The position numbers and the translations under genes are program-made. From Calcarisporiella thermophila CBS 279.70 (lineage: Eukaryota > Fungi > Calcarisporiellomycota): a stretch of DNA of 64,000 nucleotides. Below, one piece after another: positions 1 through 12,099 of the stretch. The notes under the pieces were generated by a model. It was not told where the DNA came from and did no database searches. It saw only the letters and a list, made by a program, of their open reading frames with translations. Each line of letters opens with the position of its first letter. Position 1 is the stretch's first letter. Location of the stretch: positions 1,277,111-1,341,110 of the forward strand of contig NW_027192192.1 of assembly GCF_041956535.1 (NCBI RefSeq). The letters run 5' to 3'.

Positions 1-579
1 GTAGAGGGGATTGTCTTTTCTGTAAACTTACTCCTCCGCGGCTGCTGTATCGGGGAGAGCGCTTTCTCCTGAAAGAGCGCATTGGGGTGAATATCTTCAG
101 GGCCGTTCAACAGGCCAATGTGTGACATACGCGGAGAAAGGCAGGGTGGCGACCTTGAATTCTGAATTCCATTATCGCTGGGGACGGATGTCAAGGGTGG
201 TGATTTCAGCACATTTTGGAATAGATCTTGTATTCATTTAAAATAGAGTGTGTGTTAGGGGCAAATGGACACGAAAAAGAAGGACTGTCAACTATCCATA
301 GCTACCACTGAGGTTGTCGGCAGACAGAGTGATGCTGTTCGAAGGATGAGACCCATTCCATCCTTTCCGCCACTGCCCGGGACTTACCGGAGGCGTCGAA
401 GCATTCTCTGATGAAAGCTGCGCACCCTTGGACTTGTTGGGGGAGACGGGGAGGAGCGAGGAGCGAGCTGCACCACTATTCTTGTCAGAAGAGGCCGATG
501 ATGGGTTCATGCCCGTGGAATGGAGCTTGTAAAACACCCGCACTAAGGACTGAAACTTGTTCAGGGGATGGCTAGTCAT
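1..579 (-). CDS. 5' part of a Ser/Pro-rich hypothetical protein running off the left edge
   Basis: ATG at 579 (MTSHPLNKFQ...). A GT-AG intron at about 307-228 joins to a frame that stays open to position 1 (DLFQNVLKSPP...). No recognisable domain; start uncertain. Confidence 0.5.
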
Positions 580-942
580 TTCCTCACAAGATGTGAGAGC
601 TGTGTCGAGGAATAACAGAGGAGAGATGGGAAAGCGCTGAGGGGATGTTCTTCTTCGTGGTGGCGGCAATGACGGGAGGGATAATTAAATACAGGAGAAA
701 GAGGGATGAGCGCACACGTTTTCCTTACGGTTTCATAAGATAAGTACAAAAAAGGGAAATGGAAAGAATGCATTCCACAGTTGCGGGTGGCCAATGCGAA
801 TTTGGAGAGCAGGATGAAAATTTCTTGACACGTATCACGAATGGCAGCAGCTGAGCCGATTTCCTCGCGTCGTCTGGCAGCAGTACTGACATCTTCTGCC
901 GGCAGCTCCTCTCCTCGGTGCACCGCTGGTTGAACGAGCCCT

Positions 943-975
943 GCCTGCACATCGCCTTGCCTGCACATCGCCTTG
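943..975. repeat. 16-bp tandem duplication (gcctgcacatcgcctt x2)
   Basis: Direct repeat visible in the sequence. Confidence 0.8.
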
Positions 976-1304
976 TCTATAACCTGAGCGGCTCCCTGGA
1001 GCTATTGTGCTACTTCTTTGGCTAGTAACCTAATCTTCCTTGCTAGAATATCATTAGACCTCGTTTGAGGTGCCTATTCAGGAAAATAGAGGAGTTTGCA
1101 TAACTTCTCTTCCGAGAGGTTTGGGACACAGCGACGAGGCCCAGCAAAGGGATCTATAGAGCACCCACTACCGGCTCAATTCTCTCTTCTGCACCAATCA
1201 AATGCAAGTTTGCATCTTTCAGAAGAGTTTCCTACCCATTTCTCCTCTATCCAAGGGAACCCAATCATACACGGGTGCGGATCCGAACAAAATTCGGGCC
1301 TCAG

Positions 1305-3190
1305 ATGCCCGTGGTGGCAACGAAGTTTCAGTCTTTTAATAGGGGCCATTCTTCAAATTCCAATGGAAACATCTCGCCATTCCAGCATCGTATCGCTAGA
1401 ATGTATACCGAAAGAATACCCCCATTAACCAAAGGTTATGCCGTAATACAGCGATCCAAATGTAAACCTGTGAAAATATACTACGAATTATATGGGAAGG
1501 GACCCCGCTGTATAATGATGATTATGGGTAATGTGTACATACTCTAGTTGATAGAATCTTTACTCTATGCTCGCTTTTAACACCTCGGCCCATTTCTTTT
1601 TTAATAGGGTTTGGTCTCCCTTGTCTCGCATGGTACAAATTGGTGAGCATTTAAATCGGTATAGCTTTGTCCTTACCTCACTAATCGTTAATGCATCATT
1701 TAGATCCACTATCTGATGTCCAGCTCCAATGAATTCTCCATTCTTGTGTTCGACCATTGTGGTGTTGGCATGTCAGGTGGGGCGTTGCTTCTAGTTCTAT
1801 GTAAAACTCGGATCCTCATTTATTCTATTAGAGGCGCCAAAGAAACTTCGCTACACGACGAAATCCATGGCAAAAGATGCGCTCGGATTACTCGAGTATG
1901 TCGGTTGGACAAAAAGCGTTCATTTGCTTGGGTGCTCGCTCGGTGGAATGGTGTGCCAGTTTATGGCCGCTTATCGGCCTAGCAATTTCTTGTCCCTTAC
2001 CATTGTCAGTGCCGCGGGAAAAACGAGGTTACCCGTAAGTTTTCCATAGATATGAACATGGCTACTATAGAAATGGGCTTCTCAAACTCTTATTGTTCCC
2101 ATAGCTGAGCGTGGTCATCAGAGGATCCCTTGTGGCGACTTGTAACAGGAGTGAATTGCGAGCCAGCCGAGTGGTGCGACTACTTTTCCCAAAGAGGGAT
2201 CTCCGGCGGCCTTCTCGGCATTCTCAGTACGCGACCAAAGTAGGAAGAAAATTTTGCTGGTGGATACAAATGCCCTCTACTCATCCTTTGTTTATCTACT
2301 GTCCTTACCCCTCTCAGCGTGAAGAGTATCAGAATTTATTTCAAGATGTTTATGAGCTTTCGGGCCCTCACTCCTTAAGAGGCCACATCACTCATCTAGC
2401 TGCCATTCTGTTGCATCGTTTCCCGCACAAGTACGCCAAGCGAATCCGGCGCTCCAGGATTCCCGTTATGGTGATGACTGGAACGCGGGACAGCGTGGTG
2501 TCTGTCAAACGCGTCGACATGCTCAGCCGCCGACTACGTGCGAGGCTGGAGGTGTTCGAGGGGGGAGGCCATTCACTTCATCTGCAATTCACGAGCCTAT
2601 ACGCAAGCTTATTAAAGCAGAATATTGCGCGAGGAGAGGAGAGACTGCCGGCGAGATCGGAAGAAGAGTCTGATCTGATGTTGCCCAAGGGGAGCAGAGA
2701 GAAGGCGGAGCCACTTCAATCGGTGTCTACGATCCTGCCGCCATCAGGCTCGTCCGAAACGGCTATTGAATTGGGGAAATCTGAGAGCGATATTCTCATT
2801 GTTTCAGATGAGGAGTCGGAAAAGGAGAAGGAAGAGGAATGGGAAGAGGAGAAGGAAGAGGAATGGGAAGAGGAGAAGGAGGTGGAGGAGGAGGGGACAG
2901 GGTTAGGGCGAGACCCCGTGTATTCTATCCATGGAGAAGAGCACCTCCTTTCTGGTCATATTGGTGACACTGAGAGTACGGGAAGAGATTCCGCACTTGA
3001 CCTTAATGAAGAAATCGACGAGATGGATAGCAAATTTTTCGGCATGTTGAACGTACCCCCCGCTACAGCAGTACAGGCTCGCCGTGGCACATATGCATTC
3101 GAATCGTACGACGAGGTCCTGGCCAATTTCACTCTGATGAACATGATAAAAAATGAGGCCAATGTCAAGCGGCGCACGCGGTATATTTAG
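1305..3190 (+). CDS. alpha/beta hydrolase fold protein (spliced) with acidic C-terminal tail
   Basis: Spliced frame gives IYYELYGKGP, VFDHCGVGMS, nucleophile elbow GCSLGGM, acid in GTRDSVV and His in GGGHSLH. Canonical introns join the ORF-track fragments. Confidence 0.85.
2824..2880 (+). repeat. 24-bp coding tandem repeat (EKEEEWEE, about 2.4 copies)
   Basis: ggagaaggaagaggaatgggaaga repeated within the hydrolase tail. Confidence 0.85.
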
Positions 3191-3860
3191 CCAGAGTGGA
3201 GACAAGAGTGTCTTCATCACGACGAGACGAAATAGCGCCATCTTTTCAGTTCCTGAAAAAATTCAAGTTTGTATATTAAGCAATCGGCATTGTTTTTTTA
3301 TTTGAAGTTTGCTGTTAGCATGATAACTTACGACCCAAGGTCTATACACCATTCCATATATATATAATGTCAATTTATTTGCATTGATAAGCATTGCGTC
3401 CATGATTCTCCCCCACAAAGAGTTGGATGGATTTTCTACATGAATATTCGCCTTTTATATGGCATGCGTAAGCCAAGGTAACTTTGGGATTATCAGTGAG
3501 ATATAAAAAAAGTTGCTTTAGCATATTACGAGAAAGCTGCAGCAAAAAAAAAGGGGAGGAAGGGGAGGAGGAGAGAGATAAGGGGTAGGACGGAAAGGAA
3601 TAAAGATATAGAGAATATAGCTAAGAGGGGAGGTCGGGGAGGGTAATAGAGAAATTTATCCCGAACAAAGATATATATTAATACAAGTTGGCAAGAACTA
3701 CATCAGAGATCCGTATGGTGCTGCAAATAAGTGTAAAATAAGGGCTGGAAATAAGGGGAGCAGATAATACAGAGCCGCACCATAGCGAGAAAATGGAGGT
3801 AAGGCAAGAAATAAGCAAGAAAAATTCCCATTGAAGAACCCGGCTGCGCGCCATGGCGCC

Positions 3861-5414
3861 TCACAACGGATACCACTCGGAATATCGCTCCACGGCACCC
3901 ACACTTCGCGCTCGCCGTCTAGACTGTAGGATGTCTACCGGAGAAGTTAGCCCCAAATATCTACCACTGCTGCTCTCCTCTTCAAAGTCCTCGGTGGCGC
4001 CGTTGTCCCCCTCCTCCACGCTCATTCCATCCTCTTCCCCCCTCCCCTCCTCATCCGACACTTGCCTCTCCTTCTCATCCAACAGGGCGAGCTCCCTCAG
4101 CACCTCCAGTATCAAACTTAGAGTCAGCGGGCTGGTGTTGGGAGGGACCAGGCTTGTGTACTGCTGAAGTGGGTCGGTTGGAAAGATACCGGTGGACACC
4201 GAGGAACGCCGTGATGATCTCCGTGGAGGTGTTGGAGGAGTGTAGTGGTTGCGGCGGCTAAGAGCACCGCCGCCATGCACAGCTCTAGACCGGGGGGCTG
4301 GACTCAGGCTCGTTACACCTAGGCCATCTCCTTCGCCTCTTCCTCCCACCCCCCATCTCCCCCACTCTCTTCCTCCTCCTCCTCCTCCTCCTCCTCCTCC
4401 TCCTCCTCCGCCGCCCCCACCTATCCGCCTCCTCGTCAGGATATCATATGTGTCCTCGGCCTCCGCGTCCTCATCGTCATTCTCCGTCTCCCATCCTGCC
4501 ATCGTCTCCATATTCAGGTCCATCAATCTTCTTATCGTTTTTTTCACCGCGCGCACCCGATCTTGCCGCGGTCCACGGAAGGCCCACAAGCGGGTGCGGA
4601 ACCTCTCGACCTCGGACTTGGAGAGGAGCTCGCGTTGGCACTGCCACTTAGCCCGAATGACATGGCATCGACAGGGAAGCCTGGGAAGCATAGAAAAGGC
4701 ATTCTGGCGAGAAGCAGCCTGACCGGAGCTTTCACTTAGGGGGGTCAGAGGCTCAGGTTGCCGAAGGAGGGAGCGGAGGGATGGGGTAGGAGCAGAGCTC
4801 GACGAGAGGGGTTGGATGGGGGAAGCTTCGGGCGTGGAAAGAGGGGGGGCGGTGTCGAGCATGGGGGATGAGGAGGGCGATCTTTCCGACTTCAGACACA
4901 GGAGAAACGAGTCGGGGGAAGCCGGTATCTCGTGGAGAGGCAAGGAAAAGATGTCGGTGATATGCTGTAGCTCGTAGAGTCCGCACTCAAACTGCGCCAA
5001 TGCCTCGTCGTCATAGTAAGGCCACCAGCTTCTCTCCTTGCCAGCCGTACTTGTTTCTTCTCTCTCTTCAGCTTCATCCTCCCGCTTGTTCGGGAGATGC
5101 AAATAGGCAGTTGCCGGGTGAACCACCGGTTCGATTAGCAGATATTTCCTCCCACGATTCACAAAGGCCACCCCGTCCGTGGTGAACTGCACACGCACCG
5201 ATCGATAGTACACCCCTGGCTGCCACTGGATCGCGTACTCCATGAAGCCGCGTTCCAAATGCCAAGTGGAGAGGGGGGGAGAGGAGGTAATGCGCGGCGT
5301 AGGAAGGAATTCACGCAGGCAGCAGAGACGGACCTTGTAGATGATGGGGGAGGGTAGGTTGTCTGCGGGGGTGAGTGAGAGTCTCGGGGGCGCAATGGGG
5401 GCGTTGGGGGGCAT
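3861..5414 (-). CDS. hypothetical protein, 517 aa, apparently intronless, with a poly-Gly tract and disordered C-terminus
   Basis: Long ATG-initiated ORF with a pyrimidine-rich leader and AT-rich 3' region. No family recognised. Confidence 0.7.
   Translation of the reverse strand: MPPNAPIAPPRLSLTPADNLPSPIIYKVRLCCLREFLPTPRITSSPPLSTWHLERGFMEYAIQWQPGVYYRSVRVQFTTDGVAFVNRGRKYLLIEPVVHPATAYLHLPNKREDEAEEREETSTAGKERSWWPYYDDEALAQFECGLYELQHITDIFSLPLHEIPASPDSFLLCLKSERSPSSSPMLDTAPPLSTPEASPIQPLSSSSAPTPSLRSLLRQPEPLTPLSESSGQAASRQNAFSMLPRLPCRCHVIRAKWQCQRELLSKSEVERFRTRLWAFRGPRQDRVRAVKKTIRRLMDLNMETMAGWETENDDEDAEAEDTYDILTRRRIGGGGGGGGGGGGGGGGGREWGRWGVGGRGEGDGLGVTSLSPAPRSRAVHGGGALSRRNHYTPPTPPRRSSRRSSVSTGIFPTDPLQQYTSLVPPNTSPLTLSLILEVLRELALLDEKERQVSDEEGRGEEDGMSVEEGDNGATEDFEEESSSGRYLGLTSPVDILQSRRRARSVGAVERYSEWYPL
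4371..4418. repeat. (CCT)n microsatellite encoding poly-Gly on the minus strand
   Basis: About 13 consecutive cct/tcc units followed by ccg units. Confidence 0.9.
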
Positions 5415-7182
5415 CTGAGGCTGATCAGGGGCGGTGAAAAGGGGGGGGGAGTGGAAGGGAGGAGGGGAAGAAGAGAATTGGGTGAATCAGAGAGAAGAGA
5501 ATACGGCCGGGGTTCTGTAGAGCATCAATGGGGAGAGCTCTAGCAGGAAACGGCTGAAGAGATGGTGTTGAATTGGGACAGAATCCTTTGCCCAAAAGTA
5601 AAGAGAAATATAATAGGAGTGTTAAGGAGGGGCATGTGGTCTTGGATCTAATATAAGACAAAATTGAGCCTCAGGATCACTTGTGGCAAAAGATTCATTT
5701 GTGAGAGTTTGCTAGAGATGAAATGTAAACTCTAATAGGGTTATCCCCTCGGCATCTTTTTTATTTTCCTGTTACGCTGTTTTTATTTCCTCAGTCTCCA
5801 TCTATAAATAAAGAGGGCTAAGGCGGAAGGCCTGGATAGATTGATAGAAGGTGCCAGTTATCAAAGACAGAGGCTCTTTCCATAATCACTTGACATACTG
5901 AGCGGGCATAGCAAGCCATCCTGAGAGCCCAGGCGATTTCGAAATGATCTATAGATCTATTTGCATCGAAGGGGAAAATAAAAAAAGAAATCTGATCATC
6001 TTTGCTACCTCAATACAGATGGAGTTAGCTAAGCTGGACTGTTCCTAGTTCAGAATGAAAATATAAAGCCCTGCGGAGGAACCTTATATGCCTTCGCTTT
6101 TTTTTAATTCCTCCCAATGCCCATATACTCCGAGTCTAAAAACAATGGAGCGCTGTCCATACGAAAACCCGGCCAGAGAATAAAAATCGGGCTTGGGTGC
6201 AGAAGCTCCGCGGTGGCCATTGAATGGCTCAAACCTCGCTTATCTTCTCCTTGAATCATGCCTACAGGGATTTCCATGCCATGTGAATTCCTCCAATAGA
6301 AACGGGCGTGTTTGAGAGCACAAATATAGGAAATTCAACCATTTCCGTGCTAGAGTGTGGTAAGCGTGGATGCTTTTTGGTGTTTTTAGAAGGTGACTTG
6401 ACTCCTGGAGAAACTGCCCGGGCCCATATGATAAAGCTCATCAAGCTTGCTGCGGGCTGATATGAAAATGACGCGAGCAAGCCGTGGGTCGTATGGATGC
6501 CAGCCCAAGGTTGCCAATCAGTGCCCCGTTTTCTTACGGCTCACAAGGCGACCCCGCCCCCTCCGCGTGCAGCAGGGGCCTAGGAGAAAGACGCGTGGAG
6601 GAGCGTACGGCATCCAGGATAGCGTTAAATAGGACTGGAGCAAATGCGATGACATATCCGCATTCCCAAATGGCTTAGTGTCGTTTGAGGTCTTGTAGAC
6701 AGGAACGCCCAGGGATGGAAGTGGGGGGGACTAAAAAGGGGAGATGAAAGAGCCTCCCAGTCTTTAATAGTCTCAGCCTCCTCCGGACACCCAGGAGCAG
6801 GGGCCTGCAAGTCGACAGGAACGCTGTCGCTTAACCAAGTCACGGTGGACCTGCCCGCCTTTCTCCCTCGCCAGCGGCATGCCTAGTCTCGGGGAAGCAA
6901 GACCACGGTGTCTACCGAATGCATAATATTAAATTGTGACTTTTTTGTATGCGAAAATGGCCAAATGGTCGCGTAGGTTTCTCCGTCGCCCGTTCCAAGC
7001 AAGTTCCTTTTCCAACTGCGGACGGAGAATAGGCATAGGCGAGTCGGCATTCTTCGGATTCACAAACTCGGTAACCAAATACATGGTTCTATATACACCG
7101 AGACATCTGGATCCATGAAGCAGAATGTCTTTTTATAAATATATCGCCTGGTCCGACGGGACCTCACAGACATTTCGATGAA

Positions 7183-8341
7183 ATGTGTGGTTTCGAAACC
7201 TCCTCTTACTCCCCCATGGATATCAACTCTATGCTCCACGGATCCCTCCCCTCCCCGCCTCTGCCCCTCCCCACCAAGCTGCCCAAGATCACCACGGATC
7301 CCCCCGCCGACATCTTCGCCGTCAAAAAGGGAAGGAGGGGCAATGAGGCACGCTCCCCGAGGACATTCCAGTGCACCGGCTACGGGGACTGTAACATGGT
7401 GTTTAGCCGCAGCGAACACTTGGCCCGCCACATAAGGTAGGGGGTTGTTGATGCGTCTCTGAACTGGGGGGCTGGTTTCATTCACCGCGAAGGCTAATTT
7501 TCTCGGCATCGTCATGCTTGCGACAGGAAACACACCGGGGAGAGACCTTTCCGCTGCATCATACCCAGCTGCAACAGAATGTTTTCACGCTTCGACAACA
7601 TGGTGCAGCACACCGCTATTCATCACCCCGACCGCAAACCCGTCTTGCCTAATGCGTGAGTGTCTTGGAGCTTGCCCATTATTCGTCTGCTATGGCGAAT
7701 CCTAACTCTTCCTTCCAAAATCAAGCGCCCCCATAGGTTCCACCGCGAGGCGCAGACGGAGATATCCGGTTAACGAGGAAATATCCGGTTTGCCACCCTC
7801 CCGAGACCAGGCCACTCCGGCCCTGGGTCGCTTCTCCCGCTACTCTCTGCCCGACGCGAAAATAGGCCGGCCACAGGTCGAGAGCTCCCAGAAAAAGAGG
7901 CGGCGCACCGTGACGGAGCCACTGCAGCCGAACAATCCAGCCTCAGGCCTCCATTTGAACCTCCCTCCTCCCCTAATGCCCTCGCAGACCTCCTCTCCGC
8001 CTCTTCCTTGCCTCGTGTCGCCGACCACAGCTACGTTTCAAACCTGGCTCAAAAACCCGGCCGCTCTCCTCCCCCTGCCCCACTCGCCCCAGCATCTGAG
8101 TCCGCCCACTTCGCGGCCCTCCACCTCTCGCCGCCTCTCCATCCAGGAGATCTGCAACATCGATGAGTCCGCACCCGCGGTGGAAAAACAAACCTACCCC
8201 CTCGCCGAAACGGCAATCGACCCCTTCCACAGAGACTCGCACTCGAGCGACACTAGTAAGAGCGACAGCGGCGTCAGCGTTGGGGTATCGGGATACGAAT
8301 TCTGGAGAAAAGGCTACTTTGACCCCAGATTCAGCTTTTAG
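7183..8341 (+). CDS. two-finger C2H2 transcription factor, NsdC/Usv1/Rgm1-like
   Basis: [24 protein letters not shown]|[28 protein letters not shown] across intron 7437-7526. A second intron ends at 7725. Alternative start at ATG 7216. Confidence 0.85.
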
Positions 8342-9418
8342 GAGAAGTTGAAAAAAAAAAACCATCGAGTGCATGACTTAGAACCCATTTGGGTATCCAT
8401 CGCTCACCATCCTTCATCTTCACCCGCATGTACTGTCTGTCTACATAGGAGCGTATCCTTTGGTCACGCTACCATTCCCGTAGATAACCAATGTTTGCTT
8501 TATCTTTGTACTCTTGGTTTAATTGTCCTCGGAATGGCACCCAATTAGTGGTTCTCTTTCTCTGTTTCCGTCTCCTTTATTATGACTTCCATTGCTTTTG
8601 CATTGCTTGAAAACTTTCCTCCAATATGAGGATGTATACCTGCCACGCTGCAGCTTTCTTCTCCAATTTCAATCTTTCATATCCGCGTATGTTTTTGAAG
8701 ACGACCCTCAAATACACACAAGCTGAGCTGATATAACTAGAGGAGAGAAAGTGCGAGTTTGAAATTGAGGATGCTTGGCAAACAACTGACGTGGGTCAAC
8801 TCTTTCCGCACAAGGTTCCTGGCGAGGTGCCACTGGAGAAGTCCATGCGGTGGCTACCGTTGGAGAGAGGCGGGCGCAGGCGGGGGAAGGACACATAAGA
8901 GGGCTGTTGTAGAGAAAAACCGGAATGGGAGCTCCAAGCCATGGTGGCATCGGCGGATATAAGATTAGGCCGGTGAATGCAAGGGGGAGTGATTAGGGAA
9001 ATGGGAGGATTTCGCCACAGTAATTCGATAAGGTCTCCGTGATCACTTCTTGGCAGTGCGCACTGCCTGCTGTCTGGAAATTGAAACTCCAGCCAACCAA
9101 ATTGTACATTTGGGCCCACGAGGCCTTGATTCACTTGGCGCCTAATGCCCCCCGCTGAACTTTGCCGGTGGTACTGGAATGCTAATTAATTTTGCATTTT
9201 CAAATATATAGTGATCGCTAAGTTTGCCGCGCTCTTCTTCCTCTGCTCAAGGGACTTTCTACGAGAAAGCGGCCAACAACCGTTTCCATACTTTTCCAAG
9301 AACGCCTTGTCTCGCAGCGATAGCCCACCCGGTATTGTATCCCACTCGACATTCCGAGCATCCCATTCCCCACTTGTCACCAATTCCATCGCCGAGATCA
9401 TTTCAATCCCACTGCCTC

Positions 9419-11162
9419 ATGGCAGATAGAACGGAGAAAACACACGCTGAGCCAACTGCCGAGCTCAACGGCCACCACCTTATTAGTTTAGACGAGCGCC
9501 GTCGAGCAGCTCTGGCGGAAATTGACAATGCAAAGTTTGGTTGGTGAGGGCTCCTTCCAGAGTGTTTTCTTTGCCACCCTTAACTGGGCGTCCTTGTTTG
9601 CTCATCCATTGTATCTCTTTTATTTTCTATATATCTCCTCTACCTACACAACCACCAGGTTCCATATTCGCGCCTGCATTGTAGCGGGCATTGGTTTCTT
9701 CACCGACTCATACGATCTCTTCGCGATCAACCTGGCCTCTCTCATTCTCGGGTGGACGTACTACTCGGAGAATGGCAACACGCTTCCCAACAACGTGGAC
9801 ACTGCCATCAAGGTGTCGGCCTCGGTCGGCACCATGGTGGGCCAGTTTCTTTTTGGGTATCTTGCCGACCGGGTGGGTCGCAAGCGGATGTACGGCATCG
9901 AGCTCATGATTATCATTGTCGCCACCATCGGCCAGACCCTGGCCGGGGACTCGCACTCGGTCACCTTCTGGGGCATCATCACCTTCTGGCGTGTGATCCT
10001 GGGAATTGGCATCGGGGGCGACTATCCGCTCTCGGCGGTGATTACGTCCGAGTTTGCCACCACCCAGCACCGTGGGGCCATGATGGCCGCGGTCTTTGCC
10101 ATGCAAGGATTTGGAATCCTAAGCGCCTCCATCATCTCCGTCATCATCCTTGCCGCCTACCAGAGCCAGATCAACCTAAATCCGCCCAACCAGGTTGCCC
10201 TCGATCAGTGCTGGCGTATCCTGATCGGAATCGGCGCCATCCCCGCTATCGTCGCGCTCTACTTCCGTCTGACGATCCCCGAGACCCCCCGCTACACCAT
10301 GGATATCGAGAACAAGATTTCCAAGGGGGCCAAGGACGCCAATGCTTTTCTCTCGCGGGGGGCCTCCGCGGGAGATTACGACGACGCCGACCTCCTTGAG
10401 GCCGCCGAGGTTCCAAAGGCGTCGTTCGCCGACTTCTGTCAATATTTCGGCAAGTGGCAAAACGGGAAAATTCTCTTGGGCACCGCCTCCACTTGGTTCC
10501 TGCTCGACATTGCATTCTACGGCTTGGGGCTTAACAACGGCTTCGTTCTGCAGGCCATCGGATTCTCTTCGAATGCCAACGCCTATGCCTCCCTCTTCTC
10601 CGCCTCGGTCGGCAACATCATCATCAATCTTCTGGGGACGGTGCCCGGCTACTGGGTGACAGTGTTCACCATTGAGCGCCTCGGTCGCAAGACCATCCAG
10701 ATCCTGGGTTTCGCGTTCCTCACCGTCATTTTCCTGATTCTGGGTGGTGCCTTCAATCAGATCAAGAACAGCAGCATCCCCGCATTCATCGTGCTATTTA
10801 CACTGGCCCAATTCTTCACCAACTTTGGGCCGAACTCCACCACCTTTATCGTTCCTGGAGAGGTGTTTCCGACCCGGTACCGCTCGACCGGCCATGGCAT
10901 TTCGGCAGCCTCGGGGAAGTTGGGTGCCATCGTCGCCCAAATCGGCTTCAGCCAGCTGAAAGACATTGGCGGGAAAAACGCGTTCATCGACAAATTGCTC
11001 ATTATTTTCGGGATCATTATGTTCCTTGGCCTCCTATTTACATTCCTCATCCCCGAGACGAAAGGCCGGACGCTCGAGGAGCTCTCGTTCGAGGAGCAGA
11101 GTGGATTTGTGCGCCGCTCCTCGCGTTCCCATCTCAAGCATCAAGAGAATCTGGATGCGTAG
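9419..11162 (+). CDS. PHO84: high-affinity phosphate:H+ symporter (MFS, PHS family), copy 1
   Basis: ERRRAALAEIDNAKFGW|FHIRAC, GFFTDSYDLF, GGDYPLSA, MQGFG, WFLLDIAFY, NFGPN, PETKG. One intron at 9544-9658. Confidence 0.95.
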
Positions 11163-11341
11163 ACTTGAAAAGCCACGTAGATTATTTATTATTCTAATTA
11201 TTATTAACTGTTAATTTTTCAAAGATTGGCTTCTTGACCCTATTCAATGTCCGTCTTGTTTTCCCTCCCACTCTCTTTTTTTTTGGGTTTATTTTCTATC
11301 TCCTAACCCGAAGCTGTTCGATAATGCATCCCTATATTTAT

Positions 11342-11371
11342 CCGTAAGCAACCGTAAGCAACCGTAAGCAA
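11342..11371. repeat. 10-bp tandem repeat (ccgtaagcaa x3) between the two transporter genes
   Basis: Three perfect units, plus an inverted partial copy (gcttacggt) at 11462-11470. Confidence 0.9.
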
Positions 11372-12099
11372 ACAAATAAACAACCCGACCTGCGCCTTCC
11401 TTCCCTGCCCTCCTCCCAACCCTTTTTCGGATGGGAAAACATCGGATGTTCAAGGAGCTGCGCTTACGGTACGATAGAGGAAGTGATGCTTCCCGGTGGC
11501 TTTCCGCTGGGTAGAAGGAAGAAACCCGTTTAGCGCTCACGACTGCGCTGATACGCCGCTCTCCTGCTTAGCTCAAGGCCCGGAAAGGGAACTTGCACAG
11601 GCCAGAGGGACAGGGAATCCAGCACTAAGGCAAAGATGCAAGACGGTGCGAATCGCGGCTTTGGGAAAGAAAGCACCCTACCGTGAATAAGGAGATATTG
11701 AGAGAGAGTTCGGAATTTGGTAATTCCCGCATAATTTCCGCCGCCGCCACCACACACATGGCTAGCATAGCGCACCTCCCAAATACGGCAAAATGAAAAG
11801 GACAATCCATTGGGCAAGCGTAGGTTCAGGCTTGCAATCGTAACGTTAAATAAGACAATTAAGTTGTCAAGGGTTCCCTTGCCAACTTAAAAAGGTAGAT
11901 GCGTCTTTGCGCTTATTCTCATAACTTACCGCTCTTCTGGGTTTCCTGCAGTATATGTGCTGTAGGAAGGTTTTTTTTTTTTTTTTTGCACTGCTTATAT
12001 TTTCGTGAACAAGAAAGGACCCACAGATATCCTTAGACTACTTCCACTCATTACCTTTTTTTTGCTTTGTTTAGTTTTTCTCTCCTCTCCCCTCTCCCA

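Noticed and set aside
9052-9067. Perfect 16-bp palindrome ggcagtgcgcactgcc upstream of PHO84 copy 1
   Set aside because: About one such palindrome is expected by chance in 64 kb (64000/4^8), and I saw no second copy.
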